Positions 11,351-23,679 of a DNA stretch of 64,000 bases are shown one piece after another; within the stretch, counting starts at the first letter, position 1, and every line of letters begins with the position of its first letter. Made by a program: the position numbers and the translations under genes. Source of the DNA: Eledone cirrhosa (Eukaryota). The notes under the pieces were generated by a model. It saw only the letters and a list, made by a program, of their open reading frames with translations, was not told the origin of the DNA and ran no database searches. Location of the stretch: contig OZ024743.1 in assembly GCA_964016885.1 (NCBI GenBank), positions 27,156,001 to 27,220,000 on the forward strand, read 5' to 3'.

Positions 11351-13590
11351 ATAACAGTTTACATACACAGTCGCACACCACAGGCACAAGCCAAAATGTC
11401 GTCTCTTTGGATGACAGCCGAAGACCAGAAGCGTGTTTTCATATATATCAATACATATACATATATATATCAATGGCTCATCATATATAAGGAATCAATA
11501 CACGTGGGCTCTCCGACTTTTAACTTTTTCTTTGCTTTCTATTCTTTCTCTTTTTTTCTCCTATTTTTCAAAGAAAAACATTGTCGGAGACGTCAAATAG
11601 CTTTAGAATAAGCTGGTAGGCTTGCTGAATGTATTCATGCAAATCAAATGCCACATTACTGTCAAGTATTTTCAGTAGACATCCTACTAAAATTATACCT
11701 ACTTACTTACCAGTAAGGACATTTCCGTCATTATTTTCCCAGCATCTTATCTTTTCGTAATTGTTTCGATAGACTTCTTAAGAGATGGCCTTTGTCCTAT
11801 AGAAATTGCATGTTTCTTTTGTACCGTTGTCACTGAAATTCTCTGAATGATATTCAAATATTTCTTACCTATAAAACCACTTAACATATAAACACCCCGC
11901 GCACTCTCGCATACAGTCTCAATTTTGGTATATACATATCATCGGCATCGTCACCATTCTTCTTCTTCTTCTTCTCCTCCTCCTCCTTCTCCTCTTTTTG
12001 CTTCCACTTTCTATTGCTGCCACCATCTTCATCCTCCCATCAATCTTTTCCCTCTACCTATTCCCATTATCTTTCATTATCAACTCTAAGATTATCATTA
12101 CCACAACGTTAAAAATCACATCACCAGCATCAACAGCACCGCCACCACCTTGATGTAACAGTAAGTGAAGGGGGTGAATTGTTAGAGGAATTATGGCATC
12201 GGATAAAATGACCCGTAACTTGTTCTGGATCATTGCGCTCTAAGTTCAAATCTCACCGAGGGCATTTTTGCCTTTCGAAGTCGATAAAAAACTACTAGTT
12301 CAATACTAAGGTTGAATCTTCCTCAATCCTGCTTTATACCCTGCTTTCTTTCTTTCGTTCACTGGAGGAAATTAGATATGTTCCATTCTGGAAAAAAAAA
12401 AAAAAGCTCTGCCACATTTAAAGTCCCCATGTTTAAGGAGTGTGCCTTAGGGAACTGCCTAATGGTAGTGCCAGTCCTGCCTACTGTATGTGGTTGTGAT
12501 ATCTAAAGTCTGTCTCGAGTCAGGAGGCTCACCAAGTCGGTGCTTATCACGGTTTCTTTCTCTCTGTGGTGTGTGTGAAAGATTTTAAAAAAATAGACTT
12601 TAACATAGAAGCAACGCAACACAGACTTATTTACGGTCTACTATTAACTGGCCGTACCATACGAGGCACATCACAAACAGTTTCAGTAATAATTATATCT
12701 ACTTTTGGCACAAGGCCAGCAATTATCCCAGTGCGCTACTGGTACTTTATTTTATCGACCCGAGATTTGACTTTCAGTTTCAGAAATAATGGCCGTATTA
12801 TAATTAACAAATATTTTTATCAGCAGCGTAGTGACATGTTTTTACTAATATCTAAAATTTAAAACTCCTTTCTATCAATGATCAATTCGATGAAGATTAA
12901 ACTGATGGAATACACATGTACATATACAACTAATAATGCCCGAAAATAAAACTTTCACCCAAACAATATTAATATCGGTTATTGTACTATAATTGATTTT
13001 TCCGAATCCTTGTCGAACGTATTCGGTGAAACGTTGCAGTTTCAATCATACATAAATCTTGACTCGCTTTCATTAAAGGGCTGATACCTGACGAGCATTA
13101 TAGTTTGCTGTATTAATGTGCCACTAGTAAATTTAACAATTATTAGAGAGTACATTAGTTTAACGGTCAACTCCTTTAAAGGAAGATACAACTAATATCT
13201 ACACACACGCACACACATTTAGAAACGCGGTAAAATGTGCAGCCACTGTTTTCTGAAAATATATTTAGGATGCGAAAGTCGATTTCGATATCGTATGGAA
13301 ATTTTTGAATCCCACTAAACCATAGTACCATTTCCAAAGCTATTTTGTATTACGCATCACAAATAATCTAAAGGGAAATACGAAATTTATATCTTTTGCA
13401 GATAGTGATACTTATTTTCATTGAGGAGGTATGAAATACCATATCGTTAATTAGCTAATTACAGTAATCACAATTGGTGTACGAGTAAACACAATAGAAT
13501 TGTCGCCTTGCTACACCCATCGTTATACACGTTCAATGTACATACATTTCTGAACCTTTTCATAACGTCTAATCAAGTTATATCGTCACA

Positions 13591-13760
13591 GCGTCAGACA
13601 CCATGCTTTGCAGCATAGAGTTATGGCCCTTTATGTTTTGAGTTCTGAGTTCAAATCTCGCCAAGGTTAACTTTGCCTTTCATCCTTACGGGGTCGATAA
13701 AATAAAGCACCAGTAATGTGCTGGGGTAATTGTGCCTTGTGCCCAAAGTAGAAACAATTA
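13591..13760 (+). mobile_element. SINE family A
   Basis: B box, core and tail. Confidence 0.85.
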
Positions 13761-14489
13761 TCTTTTATATTTCTACACATACCACATCTCATTTTATTTT
13801 ATTCTACCTCTTATTTCTTCTTCGCTTTATATATATATATACTCATGGAAGACCAGGATAGTATGTTTAATTAATACAGTCGTCGTATCGCTGTCAAATC
13901 ATGTTAAAACCATACTATTTTGTCTAAAGAGGAAGAGCCATAGAGATCAATTTAGTCCTCACTCTTAAAAAAAACAACAATAACCAAAATAATATTGTTT
14001 ATTTAATTGACTATAATTATATGATCAAGATTATTCGAATAATCGAATGTAGTGTTCAAATAATTGAAATGGTGTTAATTGTACATATTAATTGTACAAT
14101 TGCAACCTAATAAATATTTTGGAGGTTTTCGTGGCATATATGTTTACACGTGAAGGTATGTGGCTTTTAGGTAAATGTGTTGGCATCCCGAGTTTGATTC
14201 CAATACCAAGTGATGTGTTGTATTTTTGAGAAATGCACTTTAATTGATGTTGTTTCATTTCACTCAGCTGAAAAGGAGCACCAGCGCCAGTTTGGGCTTA
14301 GCCGTTTGACGGATTGGTTTGCTAGTCCACTACCCTCAGACACTTAACGCTCCCTGACGCCTGCATAAGCCCTGACTATCGTCCAGTTCGTGCAAGCAGG
14401 GAAAAACAGCCATAATTACCTATTAATTTAGAGCTTCAGTAAGGGTCATAATTATTCCACTTTTGGGGTATTTGTTGTTTGATATTTTA

Positions 14490-14582
14490 AATGTTTAGTT
14501 TCTTAGGTCTCTGGGCCGTCCTTTACCGGCTTTAATGTTTTCTTTATGTGAGCCCTGTTGGGCTAATAAAGAAATTATTATT
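14490..14582 (+). mobile_element. L1/Tx1 LINE 3' tail fragment
   Basis: TTTATGTGAGCCCTGTTGGGCTAATAAAGAAATTATTATT matches the 3' terminus of the 23.7-kb LINE. Confidence 0.6.
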
Positions 14583-14780
14583 AGCATAGAGTTACGGCCT
14601 TTTACGTTCTGAGTTCAAATCCCGCCGAGGTGAGCTTTGCCTTTCATCTTTACGGGGTCGATAAAATAAAACACCATTAATGAACTGGGGTCGATTTAAT
14701 CGACTTTCCCCTCTCCTACAAATTGCTGGCCTTGTGCCAAATGTAGAAACAATTATTATTATATTTTCCTTTGATTTCGC
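14583..14780 (+). mobile_element. SINE family A, long subtype, 5'-truncated
   Basis: Core plus the GTCGATTTAATCGAC hairpin insert that the short subtype lacks. Confidence 0.85.
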
Positions 14781-14919
14781 TTTATATGCAATGTCTACCG
14801 AGTATCAACTAGATACACAGGACAGGCATCGTTGGTTTTGACAGCTTTCGGTAGCTATTTTGGTATTGTTCTGTCTTCATATTCCCTTAACAAGCCATAT
14901 CACGAAAGTCGATAGGTAA

Positions 14920-15940
14920 ATAAGTTAGAAAAAAGAATTGTGAAAATAAATACAGCATGTAAGAGTAGGAGGTATAAAAAGAAGTATTGTGGAGTATAAA
15001 AGATATGAATTGATTTTCCATTAAGAATATTTGAATGTTATTAAATATCAATTACATTTACAATAGAAATTAAAGAGAAAAGATTGCGTGTTGACAAATA
15101 TTACAAAGACAAACATTGACGAAGTATGTGGGCGGTACTTGTTAGAACCATCTTTTGGTTTTCCTAGATGCTAGGTTTACTATGTATGCTTTTTGAGCAC
15201 CTTTTTGATGACACCTACAGCTTATATCACTACCAGAATAGTTCTTTTGTTTATTTCAATTTCTAAACCTTTATATTTTGTAGGTTTTTCATATTCTTTT
15301 GCTGATACATTTCTATTAGACGGTGCAGACATGTCAATGATGAAGCAGGTATTGTTTTAAAATTTTTTAATAATATCAGGTTTGTATTAATAGTGCGATC
15401 TGAGTGAATGGTAAAGTCCAAAAAGAGTGTTGTTCCTTCAGTCTCAGTTACTGGTTATGGTGTGTGTTCATACCAGTTTTGTGTATGTACTACATTGTAT
15501 TTTTCGCATATTATCTAACCATATATTCAGTTGGTACTAGAGTGGGATATCCTGATATTATATGGTCAAATGTTTCAAGCTGTACGTCACATATCCTGCA
15601 TTAAAGGTCTACCCCACTTCTGAGAATATTCGCCTGTTAATTCCCAGTGAAGAGGCTCTGGACCAAGGCAGCAAAAATAAAGCCTTCCGTTTCAGCCTTT
15701 AATCCCGCACATCGTGGCCACTAACGGGGCTTGGGCTTCATCTACATCAGTATCTTGAGTACGAAGTGGGAATTGGCCGTGCAGAGGATTTTGTTGCCAT
15801 CTCTAAATGTTTTTAGACCTTCTAGCTTTGACTTGCTTCTGTGGAGTTTTGCTGCCTTAGTTGGAATTAGGTTAGTTTCATTATTTAGATGTATGTCTTC
15901 AGATTTTAGTTCTTTCCTGTACTTCCTTGCTTCTCCTCTT
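14920..15940 (-). mobile_element. R4/Dong-clade LINE C-terminal fragment (CCHC plus RLE)
   Basis: Minus strand LHGQF..., GLKAETEGFIFAA, CRICDVQLETFDHIISG, WYEHTP, LFWDFTIHSDRTI, QKMVLTSTAHILRQCLSL*. Confidence 0.85.
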
Positions 15941-15988
15941 CTTCTTCTTCTTCTTCTGCTTCTCATTATTATATACTATGACCAATAA

Positions 15989-16471
15989 GGCGGTGGACTG
16001 GCAGAATCGGTAGAACCTCGGACACCATGCATTACAGCATAGAGTTACGGCTCTTTACGGTCTGAGTTCAAATCTAGCCGAGGTTAGCTTTGCCTTTCAT
16101 CGTTACGGGGTCGATAAAATAAAGTACCAGTAACGCACTGGGCTCGATTTAATCGACTTTCCCCTTCCCTTCAAATTCCCCTTCCTTGTGCCTATAGTAA
16201 AAATCGTTATTAGAGTCCTGGTAGATTGGTAGTATCGGTAGAGGGTCGGACAGCCTGCTTTGCTGCATATAGTTATGTCCTTTGCCATTCAGAGTTCAAC
16301 TCCCGCCAAGGTTAACTTTGCCTTTCATCCTTACGGGGTGGATAAAATAAAGCACCAGTAATGTGCTGGGGTAATTGCTGGCCTTGTGCCAAAAGTAGAA
16401 ACAATAATTTTTTATATTTCCACACATACCACATCTCATTTTATTTTATTCTACCTCTTATTTCTTCTTCG

Positions 16472-16531
<60 letters not shown>

Positions 16532-17026
16532 TCATGGAAGACCAGGGTAGTATGTTTAATTAATACAGTCGTCGTATAGCAGTCAAGATACAACTAATAT
16601 CTACACACACGCACACACATTTAGAAACGCAGCCACTGTTTTCTGAAAATATATTTAGGATGCGAAAGTAGAAACAATTATCTTTTACATTCCTACACAT
16701 ACCACATCTCATTTTATTTCATTCTACCTCTTATTTCTAGAATTAATCCCCAGTAATGCACTGGTGTATTTCATCGACTTCCCCCTCCCCTTCAAATTGC
16801 CCTTCCTTGTGCCTATAGTAGAAATCATTAGAGTAGAGCGGGGAATTGGCAGTCTCGGTAGGGGGTGGATGCCATGTTTCTAGCATAGTTACGTCCCATT
16901 ACGGTCTGAGTTCAAATCCCGTCAAGATTAACTTTGCCTTTCATCCTTACGGGGTCGATAAAATAAAGTACCAGTAATGTACTGTGTAATTGCTGGCCTT
17001 GTGTCAAAAAGTAGAAACAATTATTA
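15989..17026 (+). mobile_element. Cluster of SINE A copies (15989-16210, 16221-16409, 16748-16830 partial, 16838-17026)
   Basis: Repeated A/B boxes, core and tail, interleaved with locally duplicated unique DNA. Confidence 0.85.
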
Positions 17027-17574
17027 CAGTCCTATTTAGGTGAAAACTAAAGTTCCAGAAGTTACTTTTCTTTGTAACAATGGCACACCCTTCAAATCTG
17101 ATGTGAAAGTGTCACGTATACAAACAGAACTACATAGCTATTATATATCGCTACCATTTATTAAACAAACTTATTTCCTTAACATTTCTACATCACCTTA
17201 TTTTTTCTCGTATTGGTGTTAATAGGAAGAAAAACAAAACAAATACAACAGAAAACCCAACAAAAATAAACAAACAAAACCAAAGCTATCAGTAGTGTAG
17301 CTACACTTCACCCTAACAATATATTTGTTTCACATTAGAAGTATATCATATTCTTTCAATAGTGTCGTCTGTATTGTATCGGATTTTATAGATTTGCTTT
17401 GACAAGCCGTTAATCTTCCTGTTATCAAGTTATAACAACATTCTTCTGGAGCTTTCTTTAGCCTATATTTGAATTTCCATTTTCTTAGAGTAGGACTTGA
17501 GTAGGCAGCTATTGTTTGAAGTGTACACACACACACACATGCATACACACACATACATATATATATATATATAT

Positions 17575-17924
17575 TTCACCCCGTTCGCGACGAAAACAAT
17601 TTCCTTCTTTCTTACATTGGATTCATCTCGAAAGGTCTATTTTCTACGCGCTCATATATTTACCCAGCTTATGCTGATAGAATAACTATGTAGCTTGTTC
17701 CCTTCCTCTCTACGGTTAGCTGTCCTCTTTGTTGTTACTTGTCTCACTCGCTTTACGCGTTTTAATTGTCCTAATAACTTAATTTAGTTATTATTGCACC
17801 AACGTGAGGTATATGATTTTTAATGCAATGAAATATCTATGATCGTTGGTAAATCACTGATGAGGGACTCATTTTATAACATGTTATCCATGTGCAACCT
17901 GCAGTATTCTTCTCCCCATTTTTT

Positions 17925-17925
<1 letters not shown>
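17575..17925 (+). mobile_element. Penelope-like pseudo-LTR remnant with decayed tandem hammerhead motifs
   Basis: ACCAAC-GTGAGGTA...GAAAT..ATC-GTTGGT (17798-17850), then CTGATGA at 17857. Flanked by TA/CA tracts. Homologous to the inverted cassette at 20057-20392. Confidence 0.5.
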
Positions 17926-17974
<49 letters not shown>

Positions 17975-17978
17975 TATG

Positions 17979-18011
<33 letters not shown>

Positions 18012-18016
18012 GTATA

Positions 18017-18074
<58 letters not shown>

Positions 18075-18106
18075 TACATATATATGTATATATATATATA
18101 TGTATA

Positions 18107-18158
<52 letters not shown>

Positions 18159-18270
18159 TATACATATATATGTATATATATATATACATATATATGTATA
18201 TATATATATATATATATATACATATATATGTATATATATATATACATATATATGTATATATATGTATATA

Positions 18271-18342
<72 letters not shown>

Positions 18343-18347
18343 TATAT

Positions 18348-18385
<38 letters not shown>
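17926..18385. repeat. (TA)n microsatellite
   Basis: Seen directly. Similar tracts lie at 19445-19980, 20393-20536 and 22965-23056. Confidence 0.95.
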
Positions 18386-18386
<1 letters not shown>

Positions 18387-18665
18387 AATGGAATAGAATG
18401 AAACGAAATTTCATTTCTCATTCTTAGTACGGCACTTACTTAAATGTAAGTATGTATGTATACGTACATACATATATGTATACAGACGTACAGTAGCATG
18501 TATATATATACATACAGGCACATATATATATATATGCACGTATCAGTTTACCGAACATTTATTATAATGCTCGGTTTGTTCGTTTGTAAACAAACAAACA
18601 GCCTGAATTACGCCGTACAGTGTTTAGGCAACCACGTCACCTTTTTGTTCAACACTGACACAGGA

Positions 18666-18708
18666 ACGATGTACTAGTTTCAAGCTTATTAGCTATCGTC
18701 AGCACCGT
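18666..18708 (-). ncRNA. Minimal type-I hammerhead ribozyme
   Basis: Minus strand ACGGTG-CTGACGA-TAGCTAATAAGCTT-GAAA-CTAG-TA-CATCGT. Stem I is 6 bp, stem II is AGCT/AGCT, stem III is the palindrome ACTAGT, and the cleavage triplet is GUA. Confidence 0.8.
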
Positions 18709-18838
18709 ATATATATGTGTGCCTGTATGTATATATATACATGCTACTGTACGTCTGTATACATATATGTATGTACGTATACATACATACTTACATTTAT
18801 ATATATATACATATATATAAATATATATATATATATAA

Positions 18839-19045
18839 GAAAAAGTATGACCCCGACGGCAGAGCTCAAGCCGTTTCGACGGCTATTTCTGGACGACCAG
18901 AAATATTTGGTCCAGAAATAGCCGTCGAAATGGCTTGAGCTTTGCCGTCGGGGTCGTACTTTTTCCTATTACCCACTCTACTACCACAAGTATTGAGTAC
19001 TCTGGTGCGTTATGGTCCATCTGGTTCCTTACTACAACTCCTTCG

Positions 19046-19046
<1 letters not shown>
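18839..19046 (+). mobile_element. Fold-back cassette (56-bp arms) with hammerhead 3' halves, in (TA)n
   Basis: Arms 18839-18894 and 18910-18965 each contain GAAA(C/T)GGC-loop-GCCGTC. The tail is shared with 21608-21716. Confidence 0.65.
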
Positions 19047-19082
<36 letters not shown>

Positions 19083-19343
19083 AAAATATATCTGACCAAG
19101 TATGCCTTTTGTGAAAATCAGTCATGTGGAACTATTGTCATCTTGCCTGATGGTTTGTACCTTACAGAACCACCTGCCTCTTTGAGGTCAAATACCAACC
19201 TACTACCATCTACAAACTGACCAATGAGAATCAAGACTATTCCTGCTGACAACATCAAAATATTCCTAACAAGCTCATATGTCCCAAGACTCTGATACCA
19301 TCAACACTATACGCACAGAGCTGGCATATCTAAGAACTGACTA

Positions 19344-19399
19344 ACTGCCTGATGAGGTCATAGCCATTCAATGGCTATCATCGAAATATATATAGCAGT
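19344..19399 (+). ncRNA. Type-I hammerhead ribozyme at the 3' end of a pseudo-LTR-like cassette (19080-19445)
   Basis: ACTGC-CTGATGA-GGTCATAGCCATTCAATGGCTATCATC-GAAA-TATATA-TA-GCAGT. Stem I is 5 bp, stem II is long, the triplet is AUA (cut after 19394), and AATAAA lies at 19401. Confidence 0.85.
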
Positions 19400-19474
19400 A
19401 AATAAAGGATTATGAGTTCATACAATTGACTTATGTTTCGTCACTATATATATATATATATATATATAAACATG

Positions 19475-19523
<49 letters not shown>

Positions 19524-19529
19524 ATACAC

Positions 19530-19640
<111 letters not shown>

Positions 19641-19657
19641 CATATATATATATATAT

Positions 19658-19700
<43 letters not shown>

Positions 19701-19717
19701 CATATATATATATATAT

Positions 19718-19766
<49 letters not shown>

Positions 19767-19775
19767 CATACATAC

Positions 19776-19860
<85 letters not shown>

Positions 19861-19897
19861 CATATATATATATATACACACACATATATATATATAT

Positions 19898-19984
<87 letters not shown>

Positions 19985-20029
19985 GGCATACTGTTAGCTT
20001 CTTGCTGCAATAATTTCTATACTTTTCAT

Positions 20030-20056
<27 letters not shown>

Positions 20057-20060
<4 letters not shown>

Positions 20061-20390
20061 TATGATAATAATGGAGCTGCGGCGTTGCAAATGGGATACA
20101 TATGAAAAAGTGAGTCCTTCATCAGTGACCCTCCAACCGTCCCAGGCATTTCATCGCTTTAAGGGCCATATACCTCAGGTTGGTGCGAACAACGGCTAAA
20201 AAAAGTCGTTGGGACACGTAAATAAAGAGAACGTTAGGGTGAACAAACAAAATGGTTTAGGCAACAGAAAGTGAGAAGAAAGAGACAAGTCCCAGATTTC
20301 TATGAATATAAACTCGATAAAACCGTGAACTAGAGAATAAAGACCATCAAACCTGGTTGAAATGTGAGCGAGGAAGGAATTTCGCACAGG

Positions 20391-20392
<2 letters not shown>
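20057..20392 (-). mobile_element. Penelope-like pseudo-LTR remnant (relative of 17575-17925)
   Basis: Minus strand GCACCAACCTGAGGTATATG...GAAATG...GTTGG...TCACTGATGAAGGACTCA, bounded by (TA)n on both sides. Confidence 0.5.
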
Positions 20393-20454
<62 letters not shown>

Positions 20455-20566
20455 TTGTATGTATGTATGTATGTATGTATGTATGTATGTATGTATGTAT
20501 GTATGTATGTATGTATGTGTATGTATGTATATATATATGCACTGGGTAATTGCTGGCCTCGTGGTG

Positions 20567-20616
<50 letters not shown>

Positions 20617-20695
20617 GGTTGTGGTTATTTTACTGAAAGAAACTGTGACATATGTATATATATATATATTTACTGAAAGAAACTGTGACATAAAA

Positions 20696-20745
<50 letters not shown>

Positions 20746-21108
20746 TATATTATTGTTGTGTGTGGTGCGTTTTATGTCACAGTTTCTTTCAGTAAAATAA
20801 CCACCTCAAACAACGATATATGTTGGAAATGGCACTACTCTAGAGATGGCTGCTAAGCAATCGTGCCTACGTCAGTGGTATTTAGATAGATGTATAGATA
20901 ACTCCACTTGAATATCATTGGGTTTTGAAGATGATATTTGAAAACTTCATTTTATATTTCATTCGAGGAGAGAAAATAAATTGTAAAGTATAATAGTAAA
21001 AATGTGAATTTTTAAAAAGGATAAGAAATATGAAATTACTAAAGTAATTTATGCGGTATATTCCTGATGATTTCATATGAATTAAACAATCCTAATTCTG
21101 TAGAAGCC

Positions 21109-21193
<85 letters not shown>

Positions 21194-21321
21194 CATGTGT
21201 GTTTGTGTGTGTGTGTGTGTGCGTGTGTGCGCGTGTGTGTGTATCCCTGATTCAATCGAGGGTAACCACAGTAAGAGGTACTCAATACATAGCAGAGTAT
21301 AAATATTTAATATACAAATGG

Positions 21322-21368
21322 CTTCTACAGGACTAGAACTGTTTCATTCGAAGGAAATCATCAGGAAA
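21322..21368 (-). ncRNA. Type-I hammerhead ribozyme in cassette 21241-21420
   Basis: Minus strand TTTC-CTGATGA-TTTCCTTCGAAT-GAAACAG-TTCTAGTC-CTGTA-GAAG. Stem III is 4 bp, the triplet is GUA, and stem I is short. Decayed sister copies lie at 21061-21112 and 21375-21420, with another copy at 28231-28416. Confidence 0.7.
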
Positions 21369-21426
21369 TGAGATATTTCGTTCGAATGCAAGTTCTGGTC
21401 CCGTAGAAGCCATTTCCATATATTAT

Positions 21427-21555
<129 letters not shown>

Positions 21556-21560
21556 TACAT

Positions 21561-21607
<47 letters not shown>

Positions 21608-21609
<2 letters not shown>

Positions 21610-21716
21610 AACGAGTAGGACCCCGACGGCTGAGCTATTACCCACTCTACTACCCTAAGTATTGAGTACTTTGGTGCGTTATGGTCTACCTGGTTCCTTA
21701 CCACATTTCCTCCGTT
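21608..21716 (+). mobile_element. Deleted copy of the 18839 cassette
   Basis: GACCCCGACGGCTGAGCT is joined directly to the ATTACCCACTCTACTACC...TCCGTTA tail, in (TA)n. Confidence 0.8.
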
Positions 21717-21735
21717 ATATATATATATATATATA

Positions 21736-21840
21736 TATATCTTAAGGTTTGTTGGTTCACCACATATGGAACCCGGTCATTGAAATGATCATAGTATAAT
21801 AAACCTTTCAAAGATTTACACCAGTCCAGTCTCCTGTTAT
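21736..21840 (+). mobile_element. Cassette with decayed hammerhead
   Basis: TATAT-CTTAAGG (two changes from CTGAAGA)...GAAA-TGATCA-TA-GTATA, then AATAAA. Stem III is the palindrome ATGATCAT. Confidence 0.45.
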
Positions 21841-21860
21841 TTATATATATATATATATAT

Positions 21861-22355
21861 TTTTCGTTTTTGAATTTGTTTTGCGAGATTTCTTATCTGA
21901 AAACGTATGTTGAAACAGATATTGTTATACTTTGGCAGCGGCCATGTTGCCAATAAAAACACACGAACCTGTTGGTTTTCACTTCAATTTTTTTTATCAA
22001 TTTCCGGTTGGTTGGTTCGTTCGATAAACGGAAGGTTGTTTATATGTTGTCAAAGCTCTTTCGTCACACACACATTCTGTGACCTCCTCAGTAACTAGTT
22101 TTTTTATTTTGTGTGTCTTTCCTTTGTTCTGTCCTACACCATCTTGTTTTTATGTGTTGTGTTGTGTGGTTAGTTTGCGCAGGCGTTACATCCGGGTGTG
22201 TGTGTATGTTTTTATTTATTTATTTATGTGTTTATTTATTTGTCACTAGCTGGTTGTTTGTTCTATCTGTGTGTGTCTGATTTGTTTTGTTAGTGAAAAC
22301 CAACAGGTGCGTGTGTTTTTATTGGCAACATGACCCTCCCAAAGTATAACAATAT
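21861..22355. mobile_element. Cassette with 65-bp inverted arms and an internal near-intact hammerhead
   Basis: Arms are 21919-21983 and 22292-22355. Minus strand 22049-22095 reads GTTA-CTGAGGA-GGTCACA..TGTGAC-GAAA-GAGCTT-TGAC. Confidence 0.6.
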
Positions 22356-22718
22356 ATACACACACACACATATATATATATATATTTGTGAGTTCGATTC
22401 CCGGACCGGATGATGCGTTATGTCCTTGAGCAAGTCACTTTATTTCAGGTTGCTCCTACTACCTGGAGATGCGACCGATAGATAAAGATAATATTAGCAA
22501 TCGGAAAGACCAACGGAAGCACTGTTTCCTCAGTCCGATTTGACGAAAGCCGATCGACTGTCGATATATATATATATATATATGCAGAAGTTATTTTTAA
22601 TTTGTTGGGATTCAACAAGGTTAAACAGTTTTATAACTGATATAAAGCACTCAAACACATTACTGGAGTAAATATTCAATTTATTAATAAATGGAAACTA
22701 TATTTATAAAACCATAAT

Positions 22719-22781
22719 TATTTTATTATATATTTCAAGGGCAACCAAGGCAATTTTGGTGCGCTTTCATCAGATAAAATA
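22719..22781 (-). ncRNA. Type-I hammerhead ribozyme (left arm of fold-back)
   Basis: Minus strand TATTTTAT-CTGATGA-AAGCGCACCAA..TTGGTTGCCCTT-GAAA-TATA-TA-ATAAAATA. Confidence 0.75.
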
Positions 22782-22856
22782 CAAAATATCCAGCGAACTT
22801 TCAACCACCAAGGTTGTTTTTCTACGGGTATGTAAACATTTATAACACATATTTTG

Positions 22857-22921
22857 TATTTTATCTGATGAAAGCGCACCAAAATTGCCTTGGTTGCCCT
22901 TGAAATATATATAATAAAATA
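22857..22921 (+). ncRNA. Type-I hammerhead ribozyme (right arm of fold-back)
   Basis: TATTTTAT-CTGATGA-stem II (about 10 bp)-GAAA-TATATA-TA-ATAAAATA. Stem I is a perfect 8 bp and the cut is predicted after 22913. Confidence 0.85.
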
Positions 22922-22955
22922 ATTATGGTTTTATAGTTTCCATTTATTAATAAAT

Positions 22956-23051
<96 letters not shown>

Positions 23052-23279
23052 ATATAGAGAGAGAGAGATAGAGAGAAGAAAAGAGTAGTAGTTTTGATGA
23101 AAAATGTAAGCATGAATATATAGGTATTAATGAAAGCACTTTTAGTGAACATATAATCGATTGTTAAAATCGATTTAAAATTCGAAATTGGTTTATTCAA
23201 TGTCAGAAACTGGTGAGATCGTTCTAATTAATTTTTCAGTCAACCATCGTTGTCTATATGACAACTTCTGCTCTTGTCG

Positions 23280-23358
<79 letters not shown>

Positions 23359-23658
23359 GAGGCCAGCAATTACCCAGTGCATTACTGGTACTTTATTTTA
23401 TCGACCTCGTAAGGATGAAAGGCAAACTTAACCTCGACGGATTTGAGCTCATACCGTAAATGGAAAGCATGGCGTCCGACCCTCCACTGATACTGCCAAT
23501 TCACCGCCTTTAATAATAATTGTTTCTACTTTAGGCACAAGGCCAGCAAATACCCAGTGCATTACTGGTACTTTATTTTATCGACCCCATAAGGATGAAA
23601 GGCAAAGTCAACCTCGGCGGGATTTGAACTCAGATCGTAAAGGGACGTAACTATGCTG
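23359..23658 (-). mobile_element. Two tandem SINE A copies
   Basis: 23359-23510 has its tail replaced by a GTG/GTA repeat. 23515-23658 lacks its 5' end. Confidence 0.85.
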
Positions 23659-23679
23659 ATAATAATAATAATAATAATG

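Noticed and set aside
22498-22541. Another hammerhead on the minus strand (AATCGGA-CTGAGGAAAC...TCCGATT)
   Set aside because: A stem I-like pairing is present but there is no stem II and no consistent stem III or triplet register. At best it is a deletion remnant.
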